Assembly (NCBI GenBank): GCA_015064545.1
Contig: SVSA01000003.1
Span: forward strand, 1-49,126
DNA: 49,126 bases
Source: Oscillospiraceae bacterium
GTDB taxonomy: Bacteria; Bacillota; Clostridia; Oscillospirales; CAG-272
Direction: 5' to 3'
The notes under the pieces are model-generated. The model was not told the origin of the DNA, searched no databases, and saw only the letters and a program-made list of their open reading frames with translations. The translations under genes were made by a program, and so were the position numbers. Positions 8,556 through 17,457 of this stretch are shown one piece after another. Each line of letters begins with the position of its first letter. Positions within the stretch are counted from its first letter, which is position 1.

Positions 8556-9488
8556 ATGGCAAATATTGTAATTATGCCGAAGCAGGGCCTTCAGATGACC
8601 GAAGGCTTGATTACCAAATGGCTTAAGGCGGTCGGTGACACGGTTGCCGAGGGTGAGCCTCTCTTTGAAATGGAGACCGATAAGCTGACGATTACTATCG
8701 ATTCTTCGTTTAGCGGTACACTGTTAAAGATTGTCCGTGAGGAAGGGGAAGAGGTGCCGATTACCGAACCGATTGCCGTCATCGGTGATGCCGGTGAGGA
8801 TATCAGTCAGTTGGATCTCGGTGTCGCGGTTAAGACCGAGGACGCACCGGCTCCCGAGACTGAAGCGCCCGCTCCGATTGCCGCTCCCGCAGCGCCGGTT
8901 GCACCGGTTGCTCCTGCCGTGACCGCACCGGTTCCTGCCGCACTGCCCAAGGCTCCCGGTGAGCGTGTTTTCATCACGCCTCGTGCCAGAATGCGCTGTG
9001 CTGAACGCGGCATCGCGGATTATACGAAGATTCCCGGCACCGGCGATAACGGTTTGATTGTTGAGCGTGATGTGTTGGCCTACAAGATTCCCGCTCCGGC
9101 TGCCGCTGATTGCAGCCGTATTACGATTCGTGTAAACATGGCTGCTGTCGAGGACTATCTGAAGGCGGCCGCCGAGGGTGGTTTGGCCTTGACTTCGGCT
9201 GACCTTGTGGCCAAGGCTGCCGTTGCTGCCGCTAAAAAGTATGAGGCTTTTGCCGATCTTCCGGTGAAGGCCTTGAAGGGCTCGGATGTAGAGGAATATT
9301 TCCCGTCGCTTCCTGCTGAGACGAATGCGCTTCTGTCAGCCGGCGGGATCTATACCGACGGTTCGTGCCGTAAGACTGTTCTCTCGATTGCCTTCTGTGA
9401 AGAGCACGTTGAGGCGGATGAGGCTGCGGCTTTCCTGTCTCGCGTGAAGGTGCTTTTGGAGAATCCGCTCCTGATGCTGGCAATATGA
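8556..9488 (+). CDS. E2-like lipoyl-carrier protein with a shortened, degenerate acyltransferase domain
   Basis: Lipoyl domain (METDK), Ala/Pro linker, E3-binding domain (TPRAR..GTGDNGLIVERDV). The C-terminal LSIAFCEEHVEADEAAAFLSRVKVLLENP aligns with the E2 C-terminus but lacks DHRxxDG. Confidence 0.8.
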   Translation: MANIVIMPKQGLQMTEGLITKWLKAVGDTVAEGEPLFEMETDKLTITIDSSFSGTLLKIVREEGEEVPITEPIAVIGDAGEDISQLDLGVAVKTEDAPAPETEAPAPIAAPAAPVAPVAPAVTAPVPAALPKAPGERVFITPRARMRCAERGIADYTKIPGTGDNGLIVERDVLAYKIPAPAAADCSRITIRVNMAAVEDYLKAAAEGGLALTSADLVAKAAVAAAKKYEAFADLPVKALKGSDVEEYFPSLPAETNALLSAGGIYTDGSCRKTVLSIAFCEEHVEADEAAAFLSRVKVLLENPLLMLAI

Positions 9489-10750
9489 TGATGACGAAGG
9501 AACTCAAGTATGGTCGTGGCTATGCGACCGTAGCCTTTGATGAGAAGCATTTGCTTGCTGAGCTGATGCCCAATCCTGTTGAGGTGGGACTAACCGGTGT
9601 TGATGAGGTGAAGCGCTCGCTTGCCGCGCCGATTGGCAGCGAAAAGCTTTCGGTTTTGGCAAAAGGGAAGAAGAACGTGGTTATCATTACCAGTGATATC
9701 ACGCGTCCGGTTCCCAGCTATAAAATTCTTCCATCACTTTTGGACGAGCTGAGTGAGGCGGGTGTGGCCGATGACTGCATTACCGTTGTCTTTGCTCTTG
9801 GCAGTCACCGCGGTCATACCGAGGAGGAAAAGCGCCATCTGGTTGGCGATGCGGTTTATGATCGCGTGAAGTGCATCGATGCCGACGGAACCGATTGTAT
9901 CCGTATGGGTGTGACCAAGGCGGGAACCCCTGTCGATATCTTCCGCAAGGTGGCCGAGGCCGATTTCAAGATTTGTGTCGGTAATGTTGAATTCCACTAT
10001 TTCGCCGGCTACAGCGGCGGTGCCAAGGCAATCATGCCGGGCGTTTCCACCCGTGAGGCCATTCAGTGTAACCATCGTATGATGGTACAGCGCGAGGCTT
10101 GCGCCGGTCATCTTGACGGTAATCCGATTCGCGAGGATATCGAGGAAGCGGGACGGTTGACCGGTATTGATTTCATTTGCAATGTCGTTCTCGATGCCAA
10201 GAAAGAGATTATCAAGGCGGTATCGGGGGATGCGGTGAAGGCTCACCGTGAGGGCTGTGCTTTCCTCGATACGCTCTATAAGGCTTATATTCCGAAAAAG
10301 GCAGATATCGTTATAGTATCTGCCGGCGGATTCCCCAAGGATATGAATATGTACCAAGCGCAAAAGGCGCTGGATAATGCCAAGCACGCCGTCCGTGACG
10401 GCGGTACGGTCATTTGGCTTGCCGAATGCACGGAGGGCTTGGGCGAGCATACCTTTGAGGAATGGATGACCGGACACGAAAAGAGCTCGGATATGATTGA
10501 TCATCTCCACCGTGAATTCAAGCTCGGCGGTCATAAGGCGGCTGCGATTGCGCTTGTGCTGCAGCAGGCCAAGGTCGTTCTGGTCAGCCATTTTGACGAC
10601 GAATTTGTCCGTTCGGTGCATCTGACGCCTGCCCATACTGCCCAAGAAGCACTCGACGAGGCTCTGCAGACCTATGGCCCCGATGCCTCAATCATCCTGA
10701 TGCCGATCGGCGGCTCGACATTGCCTGCCGTGAAGGCCGTCGAACAATAA
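9485..10750 (+). CDS. larA: Nickel-pincer (NPN)-dependent lactate racemase family (LarA-like) 2-hydroxyacid racemase/epimerase
   Basis: SDITRP, ALGSHR, HYFAGYSGGAKAIMPG, GGFPKD..YQAQK. Substrate not determinable. Confidence 0.88.
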   Translation: MMMTKELKYGRGYATVAFDEKHLLAELMPNPVEVGLTGVDEVKRSLAAPIGSEKLSVLAKGKKNVVIITSDITRPVPSYKILPSLLDELSEAGVADDCITVVFALGSHRGHTEEEKRHLVGDAVYDRVKCIDADGTDCIRMGVTKAGTPVDIFRKVAEADFKICVGNVEFHYFAGYSGGAKAIMPGVSTREAIQCNHRMMVQREACAGHLDGNPIREDIEEAGRLTGIDFICNVVLDAKKEIIKAVSGDAVKAHREGCAFLDTLYKAYIPKKADIVIVSAGGFPKDMNMYQAQKALDNAKHAVRDGGTVIWLAECTEGLGEHTFEEWMTGHEKSSDMIDHLHREFKLGGHKAAAIALVLQQAKVVLVSHFDDEFVRSVHLTPAHTAQEALDEALQTYGPDASIILMPIGGSTLPAVKAVEQ

Positions 10751-10795
10751 ACGGTTATGAGGTAGCGATTGTTGCCATAATTATCGTTCTCTCCC

Positions 10796-10825
10796 ATCCC
10801 CCGGCATTATGAAATGCCGGGGGAT
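10796..10825 (+). terminator. Hairpin after the larA-like gene
   Basis: atcccccggcatt-atga-aatgccgggggat; weak U-tract. Confidence 0.6.
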
Positions 10826-10843
10826 ATTGTATTCGAGGGAAAG

Positions 10844-10878
10844 AAAAACCTTGAAGCGATTATCGCTTCAAGGTTTTT
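10844..10878. terminator. Bidirectional terminator between convergent genes
   Basis: aaaaaccttgaagcgat-t-atcgcttcaaggttttt. Confidence 0.85.
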
Positions 10879-10890
10879 TGGTAAAAGATA

Positions 10891-11658
10891 TTATTTTCTT
10901 GTAAAAATGTAGCTTTTGAAGAGACGCTTGTCCGCGATCGCGCGAATTTTTGCGATTGAGATCGAATCGGGCGTGATTTTTATGGCAGAAAGTCCGGGAG
11001 AACCGGGAATGACAGTAACATCGACCTTGAATGTGAATATATCGCTGTATTTTTGCACAAAGTAAGTACCGACCATCGCCACGTCCTGCGGCGTTTGAAG
11101 ATCGCCCAGTTCATAATCTTCGTAGCGATATACGGCGTAGCAATAATCGGTTGAGCTGAAGAGGGCAATTCCCTCAAAGCCTACTACAAAGCTTTGGGCA
11201 TTGGACAAATCTTCGTGCAACTGTTGAAAGAGAGGGAGTTCTCCGATAACAGCGGCGGAATTTTCTCTTGCTAACGTTTTTTCCAATACGATCTTTCCGA
11301 CCAAGGGCCCGATGGCTAAAGTGACGAGGTAAGCAATCAGATTGATCAATAAAACGCCGATCCTGCCGCCGAACAGCGAGGTGAAAAGCAATAAAAAGGT
11401 GTAGGTTAACGCAAAACCTCCGATAAAAAGGCCAGCAGCGCCGATCAGCGTTTTCATTTTACTGAGGATAGAGCTTTTGATCGTGATTCCCCAGATTATT
11501 CCGGAATATGCGGATGTAAACAGTAAGTAAGAAAAACCAATCAGAAATCCACCGATTGCGCAGATGAGGAGTGAAGGAATATTGTTGAGACAGTTATAGC
11601 GGAATCCGCCTAAGGCGGCACCGCCGATAATAAGTAAAGAGCCGAGTTTTTGCTTCAT
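10891..11658 (-). CDS. Hypothetical membrane protein (about 4 N-terminal TM helices plus a soluble C-terminal domain)
   Basis: Four hydrophobic segments. ATG 11658 follows GGAGG. Visibly more AT-rich than the flanking genes. Confidence 0.75.
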   Translation of the reverse strand: MKQKLGSLLIIGGAALGGFRYNCLNNIPSLLICAIGGFLIGFSYLLFTSAYSGIIWGITIKSSILSKMKTLIGAAGLFIGGFALTYTFLLLFTSLFGGRIGVLLINLIAYLVTLAIGPLVGKIVLEKTLARENSAAVIGELPLFQQLHEDLSNAQSFVVGFEGIALFSSTDYCYAVYRYEDYELGDLQTPQDVAMVGTYFVQKYSDIFTFKVDVTVIPGSPGLSAIKITPDSISIAKIRAIADKRLFKSYIFTRK

Positions 11659-11691
11659 AGTCAGGTATCCTCCCAAAAATTAATTATCTAC

Positions 11692-11729
11692 ATTATACTG
11701 CATTTTGCGGTATTTGTCAATACCGCAAA
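11692..11729 (-). promoter_or_regulatory. Sigma-A promoter of 10891..11658 overlapped by an 11-bp inverted repeat (candidate operator)
   Basis: Minus-strand TTGACA (11720-11715), 17 bp, TATAAT (11697-11692). Inverted repeat tttgcggtatt-tgtc-aataccgcaaa at 11704-11729. Confidence 0.75.
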
Positions 11730-11769
11730 GCGCGGTAAGGTATAATATTTTTGAAAGAGGGTGATGTTC

Positions 11770-11982
11770 ATGTTTCGAAGAATTCGAGACCTCAGAGAAG
11801 ACCATGATATGACACAGAAGCAGGTCGCACAAAAGCTGAACTGTTCTCAGCAGGTGTACAGTAATTATGAATTGGGCCAGCGGGATATTCCAACGGATAT
11901 TTTAATAAAGCTCTCGTTTTTGTATCACGTTTCTACCGATTATATTTTAGAAATCAGCAATAACCCAAAGATACAAAAATAA
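11770..11982 (+). CDS. XRE-family helix-turn-helix transcriptional regulator
   Basis: RIRDLREDHDMTQKQVAQKLNCSQQVYSNYELGQRDIP...VSTDYIL. Alternative starts at 11761 and 11764. Confidence 0.88.
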   Translation: MFRRIRDLREDHDMTQKQVAQKLNCSQQVYSNYELGQRDIPTDILIKLSFLYHVSTDYILEISNNPKIQK

Positions 11983-12008
11983 GCCGTGATTTAATCACGG
12001 CTTATTTT
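11976..12008. terminator. Bidirectional terminator
   Basis: aaaataagccgtgatt-t-aatcacggcttatttt between convergent genes. Confidence 0.85.
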
Positions 12009-12046
12009 AATGCTTATAAGCAATTGTTTCGAGAAACCGTATTCGA

Positions 12047-12808
12047 TCAGCGCATCAGCATACCGCCGGTGACGTCGATGGTAGCACCGGTGATATACGA
12101 GGCGGGCTCGGAGGCAAGGAAGGTGATGACATTGGCAACATCCTTGGCAGTCGAGATGCGACCGAGCGGGATGCGCTCCAAATACTGATCCTCGCGCTCG
12201 GCGAGCGCCTTTTCGTTCATCTGGGTGCGCATCATACCGGGGGCAACGCAGGTACAGTTGATGCCGTACTTGGCAACCTCGCGGGCCAGCGAAACATTAA
12301 AGGTAACAAGACCGCCCTTGGAGGCAGCATAGTGAGCGTGACCGGAGGTTGAGCCGTGGAAGGCTGCCTGCGAAACCGTTGTGATGATACGGCCCTTGAT
12401 GCCCTTGGCGATCATGTGCTTGACTACGCGCTGCGTGACAAAGAAGGTGCCGTTCAAATCGATGGCAACACATTTTTCCCACTGAGCATCGGTCATTTCC
12501 TCAACATAAGCGGTCGGCCAGATGCCGGCGCAGTTGACAAGAATATCGATCTGTCCGAGCTCGGCGATGGTTTTATTTACCATAGCCTCATCATCCTCGG
12601 GCTTCGAAATATCGGCGTAGACGGCAAAGCACTTAACACCATAGGTGTCGGCAATATGCTTGGCAAAGGCGATGGATTCCTCTTCCTTTACCACATAGTT
12701 CAGGGCGAGACTGACGCCTTCGGCGGCAAGCAGCTCAGCGGTTGCGGCACCGAGGCCGGTGGTTCCGCCGGTAATCAGACAGGTTTTACCCTTTAAGCCA
12801 AGTTCCAT
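12047..12808 (-). CDS. Short-chain dehydrogenase/reductase (FabG-like SDR)
   Basis: TGGTTGLG, VNCAG, YAASK, ITGATIDVTGG. Confidence 0.9.
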   Translation of the reverse strand: MELGLKGKTCLITGGTTGLGAATAELLAAEGVSLALNYVVKEEESIAFAKHIADTYGVKCFAVYADISKPEDDEAMVNKTIAELGQIDILVNCAGIWPTAYVEEMTDAQWEKCVAIDLNGTFFVTQRVVKHMIAKGIKGRIITTVSQAAFHGSTSGHAHYAASKGGLVTFNVSLAREVAKYGINCTCVAPGMMRTQMNEKALAEREDQYLERIPLGRISTAKDVANVITFLASEPASYITGATIDVTGGMLMR

Positions 12809-13851
12809 ACATCGTTCCTCCAGCAGTCCTTATTGATCACATAAGCGGGAACGGCACCCCCCCAAGCCTTGACAAACTCACGGGTGAGCTTGACGGGGGA
12901 GAGAAGGAAGGCGTCGTTGGAGCCGCCGGCCATGTGAGGCGTGATCGTGACATTCGGCAGCGTAACAAGCGGATGGTCCTTTCCGGGCGGCTCAAGCTCA
13001 AAGACATCGAGCATGGCGCCGGCAATCTTTCCGCTTGCCAATGCCTCGTGCAGGGCATCCTCATCCACCAGACCGGCGCGAGAGGTGTTGATCAGATAGG
13101 CGGTAGGCTTCATCAGCGCGAGCATATCGGCATTGATGAGATGACGGTTGCTTTCGGTCAAACGCGCGTGGAGCGACACAAAATCACTCTTAGCCATCAG
13201 CTCGGGCAGATCTACCATCGTGACACCCTCGGGTGGGTTCTTGCAATAAGGATCGTACACGAGAATGTTCATGTCGAAGCCGGACAGGCGGCGTGCCACC
13301 TTGCGTCCGATCTCACCGATACCGATCAGGCCGACGGTCTTGCCGGGCAGATCGGGGATGATACCCGAATTCGGGTAGGTACGGATCCACTCGCCGTTCT
13401 TAAGTCCGAGATGGCCGCGCGCGATATTTCTGGCCTCGCAGATCATGGCACCGACTGTGAAGTCGGCCACCGAATCGGCGTTACGGCCGGGCGTGTTCAT
13501 GACGGCAATACCCTTTTCGGTGCAGTAGGCCATATTTACGTTTTCATAGCCGCCGCGGAAGACGCCGACAACCTTGAGGTTGGGGCAGCGGTCGATAACC
13601 TTTTTGTTGATGGGGCAGAACTGTGTGAAAACTATATCGGCATCGCCGATGGCTTCGATAATATAATCCGGTACCTCATAGGCCTCTGCGCCGTTTTGCT
13701 CAATCAGAAGATTGATGTTCTGCAAGCCCTGAAACCCGTCGGTTTCCCAATCGATGATGGTGACGTCTACGCCAAGCGCCTCAAGCGGCTTGACGCCGCT
13801 GGCAATGTATTCGCCGGGAATAAAAAGATCGCCGATTCCTACCAGTTTCAT
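12793..13851 (-). CDS. D-isomer-specific 2-hydroxyacid dehydrogenase (SerA/YoaD-like)
   Basis: TPGRNADSVA, GIGEIG, INTSRAG, LDVFELEP, TPHMAG. Confidence 0.9.
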   Translation of the reverse strand: MKLVGIGDLFIPGEYIASGVKPLEALGVDVTIIDWETDGFQGLQNINLLIEQNGAEAYEVPDYIIEAIGDADIVFTQFCPINKKVIDRCPNLKVVGVFRGGYENVNMAYCTEKGIAVMNTPGRNADSVADFTVGAMICEARNIARGHLGLKNGEWIRTYPNSGIIPDLPGKTVGLIGIGEIGRKVARRLSGFDMNILVYDPYCKNPPEGVTMVDLPELMAKSDFVSLHARLTESNRHLINADMLALMKPTAYLINTSRAGLVDEDALHEALASGKIAGAMLDVFELEPPGKDHPLVTLPNVTITPHMAGGSNDAFLLSPVKLTREFVKAWGGAVPAYVINKDCWRNDVWNLA

Positions 13852-14729
13852 GCTCTTCCGTTGCTCCCAAAGACGCGAATCTTATTGCGGATGACTTCCT
13901 TCATCTGCTTCATAGCATCCTCATAAACGAAGCAGGGCCACATCGAGAGGTTCTGAATGGTATTCAGCTTGTTTTTCAAGCCGGTATTGAGCGCGTTAAG
14001 AACCTCGGAGTAGACATTGATCTTGGTGATACCGCGCGCAATGGCACCGCGGATTTCCTCGTCGGGCGTGCCGCTTCCGCCGTGAAGCACGAGCGGAATG
14101 GGCGAATCGGTATTGATGCGGTCAAGCAGGTCCAGCTTAAGCTTAGGAGCCTTGACATAAACCCCGTGCGAGGTGCCGACCGCAACGGCAAGGCAGTCAA
14201 CGTCGGTGCGAGCCACAAATTCTACCACGTCGGAAGGCTTTGTGAAGTTTTCTTCGATTTCCGCGTCGGTGCTGGCGGTGACGAGCGTTTGGTTATTACC
14301 GGCAATGGCATCGCCGACATGACCGAGCTCGGCCTCTACGGTAACACCGTGTGCATGGGCATAGGCGACGACCTCGCGGGTATTGGCGGCGTTCTGGTCA
14401 AAGGGAAGCTTGGAGCCGTCGTACATGACCGAGGAAAAGCCGGCTTCTACCGCACGGATGATGTTTTTCATTTCGGTTGCATGGTCGAGATGCAGACAGA
14501 AGGGAACGTGGTATTCCTGCGAGGCGCGCAGGGCAATATCGCGCATGAAATAGAGGCCGGTGCCGTCCAAATCGGGCTGAAGCCCCATCAGAAGAGCCGG
14601 TGATTTCTCCTCGGCGCATACCTCAGCAACACAGCGGATCATTTCGTAGTTGCTGACGTCAAATGCCGGAATGGCGTAATGATTCTTACGGGCATCAGCC
14701 AGCATTTCCTTTAAAGTAACAAAACTCAT
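13848..14729 (-). CDS. Class II ketose-bisphosphate aldolase (FBA/GatY family)
   Basis: LHLDH, SVMYDGS, EAELGHVG, VGTSHG, LHGGSG, KINV. Confidence 0.9.
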   Translation of the reverse strand: MSFVTLKEMLADARKNHYAIPAFDVSNYEMIRCVAEVCAEEKSPALLMGLQPDLDGTGLYFMRDIALRASQEYHVPFCLHLDHATEMKNIIRAVEAGFSSVMYDGSKLPFDQNAANTREVVAYAHAHGVTVEAELGHVGDAIAGNNQTLVTASTDAEIEENFTKPSDVVEFVARTDVDCLAVAVGTSHGVYVKAPKLKLDLLDRINTDSPIPLVLHGGSGTPDEEIRGAIARGITKINVYSEVLNALNTGLKNKLNTIQNLSMWPCFVYEDAMKQMKEVIRNKIRVFGSNGRA

Positions 14730-14756
14730 TTTCTTTTTCCTTTTCCTTTTCCTTTC

Positions 14757-16232
14757 TTAATGTTCGGCGGCCTGCGCGGCAATGGCGTTAAGGAAGGCCT
14801 CGAATTTTTGTTGATAGAAGTGAGAACGTGCGGGATCGGGATATACGGTTTTCCGTACCGCAATCATGGAGCGACAGGCGGCATCGATGCTTTCGTAGAG
14901 ACCGGCGGCTGTACCGGCACAGATGGCGGCACCGAGCGCTCCGGCCGAATGACCATCCGGAAGCTCAATGGGATGTCCGAGAATATCGGCAAAGATCTGC
15001 ATCCAGACCGCGCTTCGTGTGGCACCGCCTGTCATACGAACGACAGGACGATGAATGCCGGCTGCCTTGAGGTTCTCCAGATGATATCGATGCCCCATTG
15101 CAACACCTTCATACAGAATACGCAACTTTTCAGGCAGGGGTGCGGCCTCGGCTTGCTGCGAAAAGCCTCCCTTGAGAAAAGGCATGGTGGGAAGGGGCTT
15201 GACATAGGGCAGATACAGCGCCTCCGGATTGGTGTGCCAGTCGGTGTTCTCGACCAGCTCGTCGCACGCACGGGGCGTGAGATCGGGATGCCGGCTTAAG
15301 AAGACCTCCAAATTGATGGCCGAGGTGGGGCTGGATTCGATGTTGATGTACTGCGCTCCATCGGCGTACAAATTGCAGGAGAAGAGGCGGTCGCTGATGA
15401 CGGGTGCTTCGGAGAATGCGGCATTGATGCTCCAGGTTCCGGCGGTTACCGAATAGCGATCGGGAAGAACAGCACCGCCGCCGATGCAACAGGCGTTGAC
15501 ATCGAAATTACCGGCGGTAACCGCGGTTCCGACCGCAAGACCGGTTTCGGCTGCGGCCTTCTCGGTGACACAACCGATCAAGCTGCCGGCTGCATAGGCG
15601 GGTGGCAACAGATCGGCAAGCTCGGGAAGCCCGTAGGCTTCACAAAGCGCAGCATCGGTTTGCTTGGTTTTCTGATCAATCAGACCACAGGTTCCGAGAC
15701 TGCCGTAGTCAGAGGAAAGAACACCGCAAAGACAATAATTGATCCAATCGGCGCAAGAGAGAACCGAGCCGATCGCTTGATAACGTGCAGGCTCTGTTTT
15801 CTTTAAGTGCACCAGGATGGGAACCGGCTGGCCGGCCCAGGGAGGGCACAGAATCTTGCGGCGGATGGCCTCAGCCCGTCCTGTTTCCTGCCAATCGGTA
15901 ATAACGGGAGAGGCGCGCAAATCGGTAGAGAGAATGGCCGGCATGAAGGCTTTTCCCTGCCGATCGACGGCGTATACCCCGTTACCGTGACCGGATACGC
16001 CGATCGCGGCGATGGAGTCGGACGGAAGGGTGGCGGTGATCTGCTGCAAGAGACGCTGAACATTTTGCCAAAGAAGGTTCATATCCAGCTCGGCGGTGAT
16101 ACCGTCTTCGGTATAGTAAGCGCCGGTGGGAGCGGAAACGGAGGAGAGCTCCTTTCCTTCGGTATTGAACACACAGATTTTGAGTGCGGTTTGACCGCAA
16201 TCGATGCCGAGAATGTGCTTGGAATTTACCAT
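14757..16232 (-). CDS. FGGY-family carbohydrate kinase (L-xylulose/3-keto-L-gulonate kinase-like)
   Basis: GIDCGQT, SGHGNG, GTWSIN, GGATRS..WMQIFAD. ATG 16232 follows GGAGG. Confidence 0.88.
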   Translation of the reverse strand: MVNSKHILGIDCGQTALKICVFNTEGKELSSVSAPTGAYYTEDGITAELDMNLLWQNVQRLLQQITATLPSDSIAAIGVSGHGNGVYAVDRQGKAFMPAILSTDLRASPVITDWQETGRAEAIRRKILCPPWAGQPVPILVHLKKTEPARYQAIGSVLSCADWINYCLCGVLSSDYGSLGTCGLIDQKTKQTDAALCEAYGLPELADLLPPAYAAGSLIGCVTEKAAAETGLAVGTAVTAGNFDVNACCIGGGAVLPDRYSVTAGTWSINAAFSEAPVISDRLFSCNLYADGAQYINIESSPTSAINLEVFLSRHPDLTPRACDELVENTDWHTNPEALYLPYVKPLPTMPFLKGGFSQQAEAAPLPEKLRILYEGVAMGHRYHLENLKAAGIHRPVVRMTGGATRSAVWMQIFADILGHPIELPDGHSAGALGAAICAGTAAGLYESIDAACRSMIAVRKTVYPDPARSHFYQQKFEAFLNAIAAQAAEH

Positions 16233-16262
16233 GAGCTCCTCCTGTTCTTTCGTTCTGTGTCT

Positions 16263-16340
16263 ATTATAACGCAAATAAAAACATTTGTCAATAACAAATG
16301 TAAATTTCCTATTGACAATCGATAGATATTGTTGTATAAT
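16263..16340. promoter_or_regulatory. Back-to-back divergent sigma-A promoters with a palindromic operator
   Basis: Minus strand: TTGACA 16291-16286, 17 bp, TATAAT 16268-16263. Plus strand: TTGACA 16312-16317, 17 bp, TATAAT 16335-16340. Inverted repeat acatttgt-caata-acaaatgt at 16281-16301. Confidence 0.85.
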
Positions 16341-16452
16341 GACGATGTACCAGAGTGGTTCTATCCTTGCGGTTGGGTGAAATGCATCAAAGAACGGTGC
16401 GTTTTTTCATTCTCGGCAAGCAAACTCCGACAGAGAGAAGGGAGCAGTTTTT

Positions 16453-17430
16453 GTGAACCGGACCGAGAGCAATATTGAGCTGTTACTGAAAGTAGCAGTC
16501 TATTATTATAATGAAAATATGACACAGCAGGAGATTGCCGGAAAGCTTGGCATTACCCGTCAGTCTGTCAGCAAATATCTCGACATGGCGAAAGAGCAGG
16601 GTATTGTGGAGATTAAAGTGAAGAATCCGCTTCCCGAAACGGCGGTGCTGGAGGATGAGCTTGTTGCCGGCTTTGCCGGAAGCCGCCTTGAGCGCGTGGT
16701 GGTTGTTCCTGGCAATTTTTCGGAATATGAGCTGATTCGCCGCGTGATTGCCCAGCGAGCCTGCGATTATTTGGAGGAGCTGCTGTGCGTCGGTAACTTC
16801 CGCCGCATCGGCCTCTCCTGGGGGCGTACGGTGCGGGATATGGTAACACAGCTTCCTCAAATTTGTACCGAAGGTCGTGCGGAGGTTGTGCCGCTTCTCG
16901 GCTCCACCGATAACTCGATTCCGTACTTTATGATTAACGACATGGCAAGAGAATTTGCCTGCAAGATCAACGGCGTTACCCGCCAGATCTTTTTGCCGCT
17001 GGATGCCGAATGCAGCGAGGATTATCAGCATTACACCACAACGCGCCAGTATCGGTCTCTGATGGACCTCTGGATGCACCTTGACCTGGCGATTGTCGGT
17101 ATTGGTGCCAATCCGTTGCGCACGCTTTCGCAGCGCAGTCACTATCCCCGAGAGTCTGAGATTGTTGAAAGCATTGAGCACCGTTCGCCGGTAGGAGATA
17201 TCTGTACGCGCTATTATGATATCAAGGGAAATATTCTGACCAGTAAATCGGATTTTTTGATCTCGATTCGACCGGAAATTCTGACCGATATCCCGCGCGT
17301 GATTGCGTTAGCGGGCGGTATGGATAAAATACAAAGCCTTGCCGGCGCGATCCGTTCCGGCATGATAACCGATATCATTACCGACGAAACGACAGCCAAG
17401 TCGTTGCTTGCTTTGTCCCGTTGGCCGTAA
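16453..17430 (+). CDS. SorC/DeoR(LsrR)-family sugar-binding transcriptional regulator
   Basis: VAVYYYNENMTQQEIAGKLGITRQSVSKYL HTH; GLSWGRT, VGDIC, ALAGG..K, ITDE. Confidence 0.9.
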   Translation: MNRTESNIELLLKVAVYYYNENMTQQEIAGKLGITRQSVSKYLDMAKEQGIVEIKVKNPLPETAVLEDELVAGFAGSRLERVVVVPGNFSEYELIRRVIAQRACDYLEELLCVGNFRRIGLSWGRTVRDMVTQLPQICTEGRAEVVPLLGSTDNSIPYFMINDMAREFACKINGVTRQIFLPLDAECSEDYQHYTTTRQYRSLMDLWMHLDLAIVGIGANPLRTLSQRSHYPRESEIVESIEHRSPVGDICTRYYDIKGNILTSKSDFLISIRPEILTDIPRVIALAGGMDKIQSLAGAIRSGMITDIITDETTAKSLLALSRWP

Positions 17431-17457
17431 TCCTTCTTCTTTACTTCGGAGGCAATT

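Noticed and set aside
4494-9488. Ordinary TCA-cycle 2-oxoglutarate dehydrogenase / sucABCD operon
   Set aside because: E1 is the alpha/beta type rather than SucA, E2 lacks its catalytic motif, E3 is absent and the SucCD motifs deviate.
16345-16452. Possible attenuator in the SorC-type regulator leader
   Set aside because: The stem depends on several G-U pairs and no alternative structure is apparent.
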